From a plasmid, in NCBI RefSeq assembly GCF_054482595.1, contig NZ_JBTHVH010000001.1: 64,000 nt of DNA; one strand, given 5' to 3'. A program made the position numbers and the translations under genes. The notes under the pieces were generated by a model. It had not been told where the DNA came from. It searched no databases and was given only the letters and a program-made list of their open reading frames with translations. Below are positions 1 to 9,010 of the stretch, piece after piece (within the stretch, counting starts at the first letter, position 1; each line of letters starts with the position of its first letter).

Positions 1-386
1 AGGTTTTCATTTTTGATTACTTCGAACGCAAGCACCCTGACATCTATGAGCTGTTGCATGCAACGCCTAACGGAGGGAAGCGTTCAAAAGCAACCGCCGG
101 GAAAATGAAGGCTGAAGGGCAGAAAAAAGGTTATCCGGACATGAGTCTCGATAAAGCATGCGGTATTTATCACGGCATGCGAATTGAGCTTAAAGAACCA
201 AATGGTAAAGCCCCGACGAAAGAGCAGATCGCCTGGATGCGCAGGCTTAGAGAGGAAGGCTACTACGTTGTTCTTGCGTATGGTGCAGAACAAGCGATTA
301 CCGCCATCCTGGAATACATAAGTCTTAAAAAGGGTGAGGCTATTGAGCATGTATTGAACGGCGATAAGTGGTTGCATGCTGCTTAA
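1..386 (+). CDS. VRR-NUC-like nuclease domain protein, 5' partial (frame open to window start)
   Basis: ORF 54..386 stays open in frame back to position 3; motif region IELKEPNGKAPTKEQIAWMRRLREEGYYVVLAYG resembles VRR-NUC / PD-(D/E)xK fold. Confidence 0.5.
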   Translation, partial: VFIFDYFERKHPDIYELLHATPNGGKRSKATAGKMKAEGQKKGYPDMSLDKACGIYHGMRIELKEPNGKAPTKEQIAWMRRLREEGYYVVLAYGAEQAITAILEYISLKKGEAIEHVLNGDKWLHAA

Positions 387-549
387 AATAATAAATTAAT
401 TAGTGCATGTACGCTCTTTGTGGTAGTGCACTTTAACATCGGGAGAATAATCGTGTCATCCAAGGTTAATTATGAGTCGCTGGCATCGGTCATGCCGCGT
501 AATGAACAGGAAACAGATGCTGTAGTGGACCCTGTAATCGCTGAAATGA

Positions 550-1212
550 ATGCTCGCCTGGAGGCTGAATTTGCAGCTGAGAATGAACATACCACCCAGG
601 GCGACTAGGACTGTTTTTTGTGTCGGTAGCGGTCCGTCACTCACTCGTGAGGACTGTGCTGCTATAGAAAAAACTGGCTGTTCAATCATCGCGGTTAACA
701 ATTCCTGGCAGATGTTCGATGACATTTATGCCTTATACGCCGGTGATTTGTCATGGTGGAAGCAATACGGATCCACCATACCGGGAGGGAGATTCCGCAA
801 AGTGACAGCCAACCTGGCGGCGGCGAAATCATTTTCGTTGGAGTACAGGCGATATTGTGGACCGGCGGAAGGGGTAAATAGCGGCGCGCAGGCTATCAGT
901 CTGGCTGCTGAATCAGGGGCTGAAGTAGTGGTATTAGTCGGCTATGACTGTTCTCTGCAAAACGGCCTTCATTGGCATGGCGCGCACCCTCAAGCACTAC
1001 GGAATCCAACGCAGGTGTCTATTTCAAAATGGCAACAGCAGTTCCTGGATACCCGCAAAAAACACGCAGATTTACATATTTTGAATGCAAGTAGGAGCAG
1101 TGCAATTCAATGTTTCCCAAGAATAAATTTAGAGGCAGTGATCGCGTTATTATCGTCGGCAGTGGCCCAAGCGCCGCAAACTTTGTTGCGCCGCGCGGAG
1201 TGCCGATTATAG
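550..1212 (+). CDS. hypothetical protein with VGSGPS...IIAVNN motif (paralog of next gene); start uncertain
   Basis: 220-aa ORF; FCVGSGPSLTREDCAAIEKTGCSIIAVNNSW parallels the next ORF; pattern reminiscent of DUF115/MptE-like fold (from memory). Confidence 0.45.
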   Translation: MLAWRLNLQLRMNIPPRATRTVFCVGSGPSLTREDCAAIEKTGCSIIAVNNSWQMFDDIYALYAGDLSWWKQYGSTIPGGRFRKVTANLAAAKSFSLEYRRYCGPAEGVNSGAQAISLAAESGAEVVVLVGYDCSLQNGLHWHGAHPQALRNPTQVSISKWQQQFLDTRKKHADLHILNASRSSAIQCFPRINLEAVIALLSSAVAQAPQTLLRRAECRL

Positions 1213-1736
1213 CGGTCAATGGGGCCATCGACTGGCTTAACCGCGCTTCTTATTTTTTCACCCTTGATCCATCCCCAGACAATATGCGGCGCGTTGGTCG
1301 TGGCCGCCGTCGCCGTGGTGTTTGTTATTGCATGGCACTACCCGATGTTAAAGAACGTGAAGTCAGAGATGGCGTTCTGTGCTTCCGTCGTGTGGCTGAA
1401 CGCGGCATGGAGCCAAAAAATACGAATTCTCCCGAGTGGTGGGCGTGGCGCTGGTCCGCACATTTCGGCCTTTGCGAAGATGAGAATGAAATTGCCAGCG
1501 GCAATAGTGCATATGGTGCTCTGAACCTGGCTTTCCATATCGGATTCAAACATGTAGCTCTGGTGGGCGTTGACGCTACGCAAGAACTACGCGTTCACTC
1601 CGGCGGCACGCCAAAAAATCTAAGTCACCTGCCTTTGTTATTCCAGTCTGCGCGTGAACAGATTGACGTTGTTTCATGCGGGAAAATGGGAGGTATTCCG
1701 CAGATGACTCTTAAAGAATGGCTGAAGAATACATGA
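1110..1736 (+). CDS. hypothetical protein with VGSGPS...IIAVNG motif (paralog of previous gene)
   Basis: 208-aa ORF; [29 protein letters not shown]; overlaps the previous ORF by about 100 bp in another frame. Confidence 0.5.
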   Translation: MFPKNKFRGSDRVIIVGSGPSAANFVAPRGVPIIAVNGAIDWLNRASYFFTLDPSPDNMRRVGRGRRRRGVCYCMALPDVKEREVRDGVLCFRRVAERGMEPKNTNSPEWWAWRWSAHFGLCEDENEIASGNSAYGALNLAFHIGFKHVALVGVDATQELRVHSGGTPKNLSHLPLLFQSAREQIDVVSCGKMGGIPQMTLKEWLKNT

Positions 1737-2410
1737 TGGCACCCACAATTTATCACCGTATCGACGGTACCAAATACAGGAATGTCTGGGTTGTTGGTGA
1801 TCTGCATGGTTGCTACACCAGACTGATGTCCGAACTCCATCGTGTGGATTTTGACCCGGCGCAGGATTTACTGATATCGGTCGGCGACCTTATCGATCGC
1901 GGTACTGAAAATGTCGAATGTCTGGAACTATTGCAGATGCCCTGGTTCAGGGCAGTGATGGGGAACCATGAGCGGCTGATGATTGATGCGTTAAGTCCAG
2001 ATGGCAACGTGAATAACTGGCTAATGAATGGCGGACAATGGTTCTTCATGCTGGACACTGATCAGGAAATATTAGCCTGGGCGCTGGTGGAGCTGGTAAA
2101 GCGTCTGCCCTATATCATTGAGTTGAACACGGGGCAAGAAACTATCGTTATAGCCCATGCCGACTATCCGGATAATGAATACCAATTCGGTAAGGAGGTG
2201 CCGCTTTTCAACGTTGTCTGGGCGCGCGAGCGTATCAGTGATTCGATGGATGATATTGGTGGCGAAATTTCGGGCGCAGATCGTTTTATCTTTGGTCACA
2301 CTCCGGTGAAAAGCCCGAAGACATTCTGGAATCAGCAGTATATCGACACTGGTGCCGTATTTTGCGGAAACCTGACATTGATGAAAGTGAAAGGTGATGG
2401 TGCAGCATGA
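1718..2410 (+). CDS. ppp: Ser/Thr protein phosphatase, lambda-PPase/calcineurin-like
   Basis: Metallophosphatase motifs GDLHG, GDLIDRG, GNHE; position matches P1 ppp as recalled; start could be 1733/1736. Confidence 0.8.
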   Translation: MAEEYMMAPTIYHRIDGTKYRNVWVVGDLHGCYTRLMSELHRVDFDPAQDLLISVGDLIDRGTENVECLELLQMPWFRAVMGNHERLMIDALSPDGNVNNWLMNGGQWFFMLDTDQEILAWALVELVKRLPYIIELNTGQETIVIAHADYPDNEYQFGKEVPLFNVVWARERISDSMDDIGGEISGADRFIFGHTPVKSPKTFWNQQYIDTGAVFCGNLTLMKVKGDGAA

Positions 2411-3108
2411 AGATTGCTTTAGTTTTTCGCTCTGGTGGTGACTATAACGCTTCCGATGTGCAGTGGCTGGTTAATCAACTGCCAAAAGACTATGAAATTA
2501 TTTGCCTGACAGACCTGAAGTGTTTACATGTACCTGGCGTCAAAGTTATCCCATTGATCAACCAGTGGCAAAAGTGCCGTGGCTGGTGGGCGAAAATCGA
2601 GTTGTTCCGACCGGATATAACCGATGATCTGTTCTATCTGGATTTGGACACGGTTATTGCCGGTGATATACGCCCAATCCTAGAGCATCCACCAACCAGC
2701 TTCACCATGCTTAGGGATTTTTACCATCCACAATATCGTGGCAGCGGTGCCCTGTGGATACCAAATAGTGTTAAAGCGCATATCTGGAGTTCATTCTGGC
2801 AAGATCCGGAAGGTTGGATTTCTCGTTGTGTCACTACTGAGTGCTGGGGTGACCAGGGGTTCTTACGAAAGGTTATGGGCGATGATACACCAGCATTTCA
2901 GGATCTGTATCCAGGATGGTTTGTAAGTTACAAGGCCGATGTTGTGGAACCTGGTTCAAAATATGCGAGCGCGCGTTACTCCAGGGGGAATGGGGCATTA
3001 CCAAAAGACTGCCGAATAATCTTTTTCCACGGCAAACCGCGACCTCGCGAAGTGTCAGAGGATTGGCTTCCCCTTATCAGCTCATTTTTTGAGCGAGAAT
3101 CAGAATAA
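2407..3108 (+). CDS. hypothetical protein (233 aa)
   Basis: ORF with ATGA start/stop overlap to the phosphatase gene; DLD motif, fold not assigned. Confidence 0.55.
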   Translation: MKIALVFRSGGDYNASDVQWLVNQLPKDYEIICLTDLKCLHVPGVKVIPLINQWQKCRGWWAKIELFRPDITDDLFYLDLDTVIAGDIRPILEHPPTSFTMLRDFYHPQYRGSGALWIPNSVKAHIWSSFWQDPEGWISRCVTTECWGDQGFLRKVMGDDTPAFQDLYPGWFVSYKADVVEPGSKYASARYSRGNGALPKDCRIIFFHGKPRPREVSEDWLPLISSFFERESE

Positions 3109-3109
3109 T

Positions 3110-3126
3110 ATTGCTCTAATAATTCC
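3110..3126 (+). promoter_or_regulatory. C1 repressor operator-like site
   Basis: ATTGCTCTAATAATTCC vs P1 C1 operator consensus ATTGCTCTAATAAATTT. Confidence 0.6.
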
Positions 3127-3137
3127 ATATTTTTAAA

Positions 3138-3166
3138 ACGTGATGTACACTCATCACGTTTTTTAT
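3138..3166 (+). terminator. Rho-independent terminator-like hairpin
   Basis: stem acgtgatg / catcacgt with 7-nt loop followed by T-run. Confidence 0.5.
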
Positions 3167-3175
3167 TAGAGCAAT
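3159..3175 (-). promoter_or_regulatory. C1 operator-like site (inverted)
   Basis: ttttttattagagcaat, reverse complement resembles operator consensus; forms inverted pair with 3110..3126. Confidence 0.45.
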
Positions 3176-3189
3176 CTACAAGGTGCACT

Positions 3190-3408
3190 ATGTGGCCATT
3201 CCGACGGAAATATCACTACTGGCTGATCGCCTTTGTTACGCCGACCGGCGGTATCAGGCATGTCATCACCAGGTATCGCAACAAGAGACTCACCTTAGCC
3301 AGAATTTTACAGGCTGCCATAGGTGAGGGACTGGATACAAATTGCGTAGTCCTTCCTCCTTCATACTTAGGAAAAATGACCGAAGCACAAGCTAATACGG
3401 AACTTTGA
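3190..3408 (+). CDS. hypothetical small protein (72 aa)
   Basis: ORF directly downstream of operator pair; weak SD. Confidence 0.4.
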   Translation: MWPFRRKYHYWLIAFVTPTGGIRHVITRYRNKRLTLARILQAAIGEGLDTNCVVLPPSYLGKMTEAQANTEL

Positions 3409-3409
3409 A

Positions 3410-4672
3410 ATGAGCACTTCAGCACAAAACCAATCAATCGAAAATGTATGTATCCCTGATGTCCTGAATGCCGGTATCCCGGCCATTATCCAGAACATCC
3501 GGGCCGCGCAACGCCGCGTTAGTTGTGATGACCTCACAGCACGTTTTTTTGATAATGCGGTTCAGTCAGCGGAGATGCTTCACGCACAGCTTATTGATGT
3601 TTATAACGCAGAAGCTGATAGCCATAACTCCCTGGTAGATGCAGCTGAAAATATGCAGTTGGATCTCGGTCTGAAGGGTAAAGAAATTGAAGAGCTTCAG
3701 CTGCAAATTGAACATTTGAAACGCCAGCAACAGGACGCGATCGACGATGCGACGCATGACGCCAACCAGCGTGCTGATAATGCCGAACGTATAAGCATTG
3801 AGCTGGAAACAAAACTCAATGAAATGACCGCGATGGTTGAACTGCGGAACTCACAGATTTCAACGCTAAAATCTCAATATAAAGAGATCATGAAACTTGA
3901 TCCTTTTAACCTTGAGAAACGCTATAACAAAGCTAAAAGCGAGCGACAGGAACTGCGTAAGCAGGTCGCCGACCTTAACCAACAGCTCAAAAAAACTATT
4001 AAAGATGCAAGCGAAGCGCGCGTGGCATTTGCTAATAAAAAAGCAGAGGTTACCGCGCTGGTTAATGAGAATGCCAAATTTGCGACGCTCAAGAAGGAAA
4101 TGTATGGCATTACTGAGCGCCGTTTCCCTGCAAGCAAACTTCATCCGACGTTAGGGCAAATCTCCTTCTTCCCGCGCCTCCTGGCTTATGGGATCTCATC
4201 GCCTAAAGAGTTCAATAACGAGCGTCCTTATATCGTTTCTAAACTGGACTTTGCTTATCAGTTCTGCTGCGACATGGGCTATGCCATTGATATCCGAATC
4301 AACGAATGGTTGATGCCAAACTTCCAGCCGCTGGCCATTTTCCGCGAGTTCCAGCCGGAAGGTTGGGTAGAGTTCTTCCATGAATTGATCTGTAAAGAGA
4401 TGGAAAGCCGCCGCCCGGAACTGGTCCGCCGTGTCGAGTGGGCGCAAGAGGTTATGTTGGCAGATGCAGAGCTGCCGTTCGAACCGGAATTTATTGATGA
4501 TCTGGCAGCTAAAGGGCTGCATACCCTGTTTGATGTGGTTACCCGCCGTCATGAGCAGTTGGTTGTCGAATTGGGTTTAGAGGAAACAGCGGCAAGAAGA
4601 CTTCTCGATGTTTGCTATGCACGTAGCGATGCATGGGAAAAAGAGAACGGCGGCACTATTTACGTTCGCTGA
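3410..4672 (+). CDS. coiled-coil protein (420 aa)
   Basis: Long ORF, heptad-rich central region (EELQLQIEHLKRQQQ...), followed by terminator. Confidence 0.6.
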   Translation: MSTSAQNQSIENVCIPDVLNAGIPAIIQNIRAAQRRVSCDDLTARFFDNAVQSAEMLHAQLIDVYNAEADSHNSLVDAAENMQLDLGLKGKEIEELQLQIEHLKRQQQDAIDDATHDANQRADNAERISIELETKLNEMTAMVELRNSQISTLKSQYKEIMKLDPFNLEKRYNKAKSERQELRKQVADLNQQLKKTIKDASEARVAFANKKAEVTALVNENAKFATLKKEMYGITERRFPASKLHPTLGQISFFPRLLAYGISSPKEFNNERPYIVSKLDFAYQFCCDMGYAIDIRINEWLMPNFQPLAIFREFQPEGWVEFFHELICKEMESRRPELVRRVEWAQEVMLADAELPFEPEFIDDLAAKGLHTLFDVVTRRHEQLVVELGLEETAARRLLDVCYARSDAWEKENGGTIYVR

Positions 4673-4693
4673 CAGTTACAGTGTCACTTTTAA

Positions 4694-4728
4694 TGCTGGT
4701 GGAGTGCGCCCACCAGCATTTTTTTCGT
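4694..4728 (+). terminator. Rho-independent terminator
   Basis: gctggtgg agtgcgc ccaccagc hairpin followed by attttttt. Confidence 0.55.
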
Positions 4729-4744
4729 CCAATGAGGAGGGCAT

Positions 4745-5251
4745 TTGAGTATTTTCAATAAACACGCACACCAGGAACGTCCGTATATCGTCATAGTTGA
4801 TATTGATGGAACAATATCAGAGGCAACTGAAGACAGACTGCATTTGCTTCCGCCACCAGGTAAAGGTGCATTAACAAAGGACTGGAACGAGTTTAATCTC
4901 GCCTGTGACACCGATACTCCCATCACTCCAGTTATTGATATGGTGCGCCAGTTATTTAACGTTTACACGGTCTGGTTTGTAACCGGGCGCTGTGAGATCG
5001 CAAGGGATAAAACACGAGCCTGGCTGCGGAAGTACGTAACAAACGGGGCTGAGCCTTTGCTATCTATGCGTCCTGCCACCGATGACAGAAATGACGGCCC
5101 AGCAAAGATTGATCTCCTTAAGAAAATTGGTCTAAGTAAAATCGCGTTCGCGCTGGAAGATAAGATTGAAGTGGCGCGTGTTTTCAGGAGGCACGGCGTG
5201 CTTACGTTAATGGTCAGGGAGTATGAAAATGCGCTTCTTCATCAACAATGA
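4745..5251 (+). CDS. HAD-superfamily phosphatase/nucleotidase-like protein
   Basis: TTG start with AGGAGG SD; VDIDGTI (DxDGT) motif near N-terminus. Confidence 0.6.
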   Translation: MSIFNKHAHQERPYIVIVDIDGTISEATEDRLHLLPPPGKGALTKDWNEFNLACDTDTPITPVIDMVRQLFNVYTVWFVTGRCEIARDKTRAWLRKYVTNGAEPLLSMRPATDDRNDGPAKIDLLKKIGLSKIAFALEDKIEVARVFRRHGVLTLMVREYENALLHQQ

Positions 5252-5267
5252 TTGCTCTAATAAATCT
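5251..5267 (+). promoter_or_regulatory. C1 operator-like site
   Basis: ATTGCTCTAATAAATCT, 16/17 match to consensus. Confidence 0.65.
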
Positions 5268-5349
5268 TGATTTTTAAAACGGAGAAAGTGAAAATAAAAA
5301 CATGCCGCAAGGCGCGGCATGTATCCAATCAATCACAGGAGCTGAAAAT

Positions 5350-5436
5350 ATGAACACGGCATTCAAAATCATTATGGCCGCGATCTATTTCTGGCTGTTC
5401 TCTATCACTTTTGGCGGCATCGTCGCACATGGGTAA
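5350..5436 (+). CDS. candidate small hydrophobic peptide (28 aa)
   Basis: AGGAG SD 7 nt upstream of ATG; MNTAFKIIMAAIYFWLFSITFGGIVAHG; below the ORF-track size cutoff. Confidence 0.3.
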   Translation: MNTAFKIIMAAIYFWLFSITFGGIVAHG

Positions 5437-5445
5437 GGGGGATGC

Positions 5446-6174
5446 ATGAAAGGCGAAGTGAAAGAGCGCGGCATGATTTTCAACGATGAGATGGTCCGGG
5501 CCATCCTCGAAGGAAGGAAAACGCAGACGCGGCGGATAATGAAAAATCAGCCTGCGGAAGTTGGTCCAGAAGCACCAGTGATGGTTAGAAAAATTGGTGC
5601 AGGTTTTCAGTGGTACGGGGCTGATGGTGTAAGCAGTGTTTTCAATTGCCCATTTGGTATCGTCGGCGATCGAATTTGGGTTCGTGAAACATGGGCGATA
5701 TTAGGCAATGAGGATGGTTGCAGTGTGGACTGGAACGACAACCTTTGTCGTGGCGATGAGAAGAACGCAGCAAGGATTTATCGGGCCAGTTGCGAGCAAA
5801 AACCTGGTGATTACGGCTTATGGTCGATACCCGATGATGCCGACTGGAAACCTCACACTGTGAATGAAAAGTTTGATGGTGGGTGGCGTCCATCAATTCA
5901 CATGCCGCGATGGGCATCACGCATTCTGTTGGAAATTACCAACGTGCGCGTTGAACGGTTGAACGATATCAGCGAATGCGATGCAAGGGCTGAGGGCGTT
6001 CCGCCTGCTGGAAGTTTGCTTCCTGATCACCCGGGAACATTCCTTACTCCCAAGGGGGATTTCGCAATGGCCAAGGTTGCGTTCCAGCGCCTGTGGGAAT
6101 CCATCTATGGTGAAGAAAGCTGGAACGCTAATCCCTGGGTGTGGGTAATCGAGTTTAAGCGCATTCAGGAATAA
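5446..6174 (+). CDS. ASCH-like domain protein (242 aa)
   Basis: N-terminal FNDEMVRAILEGRKTQTRR resembles ASCH/PUA-like motif; good SD. Confidence 0.5.
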   Translation: MKGEVKERGMIFNDEMVRAILEGRKTQTRRIMKNQPAEVGPEAPVMVRKIGAGFQWYGADGVSSVFNCPFGIVGDRIWVRETWAILGNEDGCSVDWNDNLCRGDEKNAARIYRASCEQKPGDYGLWSIPDDADWKPHTVNEKFDGGWRPSIHMPRWASRILLEITNVRVERLNDISECDARAEGVPPAGSLLPDHPGTFLTPKGDFAMAKVAFQRLWESIYGEESWNANPWVWVIEFKRIQE

Positions 6175-6177
6175 ACC

Positions 6178-7056
6178 GTGAGTATGCATCAAGTCGTCAG
6201 CTTTTCAGGTGGACGAACATCGGCTTATCTCGTTCATCTGATGGAAGCACAGCGAAAAGCTGGCGCTAGCGTCCATTTCATTTTTATGGATACCGGCTGT
6301 GAACATCCTCTGACGTATCGCTTTATTCGTGAGGTTGTGAAGTTCTGGAACGTACCGCTAACGGTGTTGCAGGTCGATATAAATCCAGAACTTGGGCAGC
6401 CAAATGGTTATACGGAATGGGAACCAAAGGATATTCAGACGCGAATGCCGGTGCTTAAACCGTTTATGGACATGGTTAAAAAGTACGGTACGCCATACAT
6501 CGGCGGCGCGTTCTGTACCGACAGGCTAAAACTCACCCCTTTCACGAAATATTGCGATGACCATTTTGGGCGAGGGAATTACATCACATGGCTCGGTATT
6601 CGTGCGGACGAACCCCGTAGGCTGAAACCGAAACCGGGCGTCCGGTATCTTGCCGAACTGTCAGATTTTGATAAGTCGGATGTTATCCGGTGGTGGCGAA
6701 AACAACCTTTTGATTTGCAAATCCCGGAGCACCTCGGGAACTGTGTTTTTTGCATCAAAAAGTCAACGCAAAAGCTGGGGCTTGCATGTAAAGACGAACC
6801 AGGTCTGATGCGGGTTTTTAATGAACTGGTTACAGGCAAACACGTCAGGGATGGTCATCGCAGAACAGGTAAAGACGTTATGTACCGTGGCCACCTGACG
6901 CTTGACGGGATTGCCAGAATGTATGCCGACAGTGACTACAGAAATTTGTATCAGGCGATGGTGCTGGCCAAGCGGTTTGATACTGGTTCGTGTTCCGAAT
7001 CATGTGAAATCTGGGGTGACCAATTGGAGTTGAAATTCGAAGAGGTAGTGGAATGA
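6178..7056 (+). CDS. PAPS reductase-like PP-loop ATPase family protein
   Basis: SGGxxS PP-loop motif VSFSGGRTSAY; 292 aa. Confidence 0.75.
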   Translation: MSMHQVVSFSGGRTSAYLVHLMEAQRKAGASVHFIFMDTGCEHPLTYRFIREVVKFWNVPLTVLQVDINPELGQPNGYTEWEPKDIQTRMPVLKPFMDMVKKYGTPYIGGAFCTDRLKLTPFTKYCDDHFGRGNYITWLGIRADEPRRLKPKPGVRYLAELSDFDKSDVIRWWRKQPFDLQIPEHLGNCVFCIKKSTQKLGLACKDEPGLMRVFNELVTGKHVRDGHRRTGKDVMYRGHLTLDGIARMYADSDYRNLYQAMVLAKRFDTGSCSESCEIWGDQLELKFEEVVE

Positions 7057-7256
7057 CAATCGTAAAAACCCATACCGGTACCGTGATCACCAAAGATGGC
7101 CCGAAGGTAAAAAAACTGCACCAAACAGAGCGGATGTGGGTCGTTGGCAAAAACGAGTTTTACCACAAAGAAACTGGACGCCGCCACTTTGCAGAAAATA
7201 CGCGCCGTCGACTGCTGTTAGACACCATCAAGCCTATCGAGGTGAAGCATGTTTAA
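7053..7256 (+). CDS. hypothetical small protein (67 aa)
   Basis: ATGA overlap with upstream gene suggests translational coupling. Confidence 0.45.
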   Translation: MTIVKTHTGTVITKDGPKVKKLHQTERMWVVGKNEFYHKETGRRHFAENTRRRLLLDTIKPIEVKHV

Positions 7257-7488
7257 ACAGAACGAAAAGGCTATCGCTCAAATTGCTGATTATATCCCGC
7301 GTGCGTGCCGGGGTATGCAGTTGCAGGAAGCCAAAGCGCGCCTGGAGAAAAAAATTGCGCTCTATATTGATGACGGCTGTGATGCTGCTGTTCTTAACGC
7401 AGCGTTCGCGCCAGCTCTTAACAGTCATACGCGGGAGTCTTTTTTTTCGCGCATCGCAGCGCAGATCCGTAAAGGAGGCAACCAGTGA
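7249..7488 (+). CDS. hypothetical small protein (79 aa)
   Basis: ORF overlapping stop of previous gene. Confidence 0.45.
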   Translation: MFKQNEKAIAQIADYIPRACRGMQLQEAKARLEKKIALYIDDGCDAAVLNAAFAPALNSHTRESFFSRIAAQIRKGGNQ

Positions 7489-8132
7489 GCAAGATTGATT
7501 ATCAAAAGCTTCGTGAAATCGCTGAAAAAACAAAAATTGCTGGTGAAGCACCTGTAATGCCTTTCGATCAGCGAATTAATGCGCTTAACGATTTTATGAA
7601 GCACTTTTCGCCAGATATCGCGCTGGCATTGTTGGATGAACGGGAAAGAAACCAGCAATACATCAAACGCCGCGACCAGGAGAACGAGGAAATTGCGCTA
7701 ACGGTAGGGAAGCTGCGTGTTGAGCTGGAAGGCAAAGACAGCAAAATAGCCAATCTTACCGCCGAACGCGATGCTCTTCGTGAAGGTGAGATGGGCGACG
7801 CTAGGCATAGCAACACACGGGCCGCAGCTGATATCTACTTCCAACTGGTCGAGGAGTGCGAAATTCCTGCTGGCGGATCTCTGGTCGAGTACGTTGACGA
7901 TATGCGCGAGAAGCTGGAAGCCGCAGAGAAGCGCATTGCAGAGTTAGAAAGTGGTTCTCAGGCACAAAAGTTAGTTGAAGCAATCATTGTTGCGATAGAA
8001 AACGAACAGGAAAGGCTTTTTGATGAAGATTACCTAATGGATTCGAAAGAATGCATTGACGTAATTCGTGAAGAAGTAAAGCGATGGAATGATTCCCGTG
8101 CCGCTGGCATTCGCATCAACGGAGGTGAGTAG
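7485..8132 (+). CDS. coiled-coil protein (215 aa)
   Basis: GTG start with AGGAGG SD; heptad-rich. Confidence 0.55.
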   Translation: MSKIDYQKLREIAEKTKIAGEAPVMPFDQRINALNDFMKHFSPDIALALLDERERNQQYIKRRDQENEEIALTVGKLRVELEGKDSKIANLTAERDALREGEMGDARHSNTRAAADIYFQLVEECEIPAGGSLVEYVDDMREKLEAAEKRIAELESGSQAQKLVEAIIVAIENEQERLFDEDYLMDSKECIDVIREEVKRWNDSRAAGIRINGGE

Positions 8133-8304
8133 TGCGTGTGGCATGTATCGGCTTGTTACCGTACCCGACTCGTTTTTGGGCTTCTGCGCTAATTGCAAAG
8201 CCACATGTCCTGATGGCTGACAACATCATCCCGGCACCAAAGCGCCGCCATACCGGTATTGCAGCGGCACGACGAGCAGCAAAGAGACGCAGGAGAGCAA
8301 AGCG

Positions 8305-8493
8305 ATGAAAAACCGTAAAGCAAAGATTCTGTTAGTTCGTAGAAACGCTCCTGGCGTCTGGCAGTGGGTGAGACTCAGCAACCGACGGATGGGGTTAATG
8401 AAACATTACGGGATGATGGATTGTGGTTTTTGCAAAAAGCCCAGCGCGGCGCAAAACCGCTGGAAAAACCACTTGCGCACTAAAGGAGAGTGA
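8305..8493 (+). CDS. hypothetical small basic protein (62 aa)
   Basis: AGGAGA SD upstream of ATG. Confidence 0.35.
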   Translation: MKNRKAKILLVRRNAPGVWQWVRLSNRRMGLMKHYGMMDCGFCKKPSAAQNRWKNHLRTKGE

Positions 8494-8495
8494 TA

Positions 8496-9010
8496 TGGCG
8501 TTAACACACCGCGAACTCTGTCAGATTGCGTACAAGTTCCTTAAGCGCAACGGGTTCAAGGTTTGTTTTCATGACCGCTTTATAGCTGTAACCAGTACCG
8601 GAGAACAGCCAGATGCTATGGGATTCAGAAATTCAGCATCATGCCTGATAGAGGCGAAATGTTCTCGTGCTGACTTGTTGGCAGATAGAAAAAAGCGTTT
8701 TCGTAAAAATCCGTCTCTTGGAATGGGCGACTGGCGATTCTTTATTAGTGAGCCGGGAATTATTTCAATTGAGGATTTACCACCTGGCTGGGGATTACTT
8801 CACGTTGTTAACGGAAGAGTACGGAAAGTACATGGGTGGCCCAAGGGTAATTGCTGTTGGGGTAATCCTGACGATAAGCCATTTACTGGAAATAAGCAGG
8901 TTGAATGCGATTACATGTTATCTGCATTAAGGCGCATGGAGTTAAGAGGGCACCTTAATGAAATATATGACGGTGTAATTGTTAATAAGAAAGAAGGAAA
9001 CGCGGCATGA
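8496..9010 (+). CDS. hypothetical protein (171 aa), possible PD-(D/E)xK-like fold
   Basis: ATG with AAGGAGAG SD (ORF-track ORF 8423..9010 trimmed to this start); motif CLIEAKCSRAD. Confidence 0.5.

Noticed and set aside
420-608. 62-aa ORF upstream of the first GSGPS-motif gene
   Set aside because: Overlaps the more plausible 550..1212 ORF; no clear SD; kept out of the feature list.
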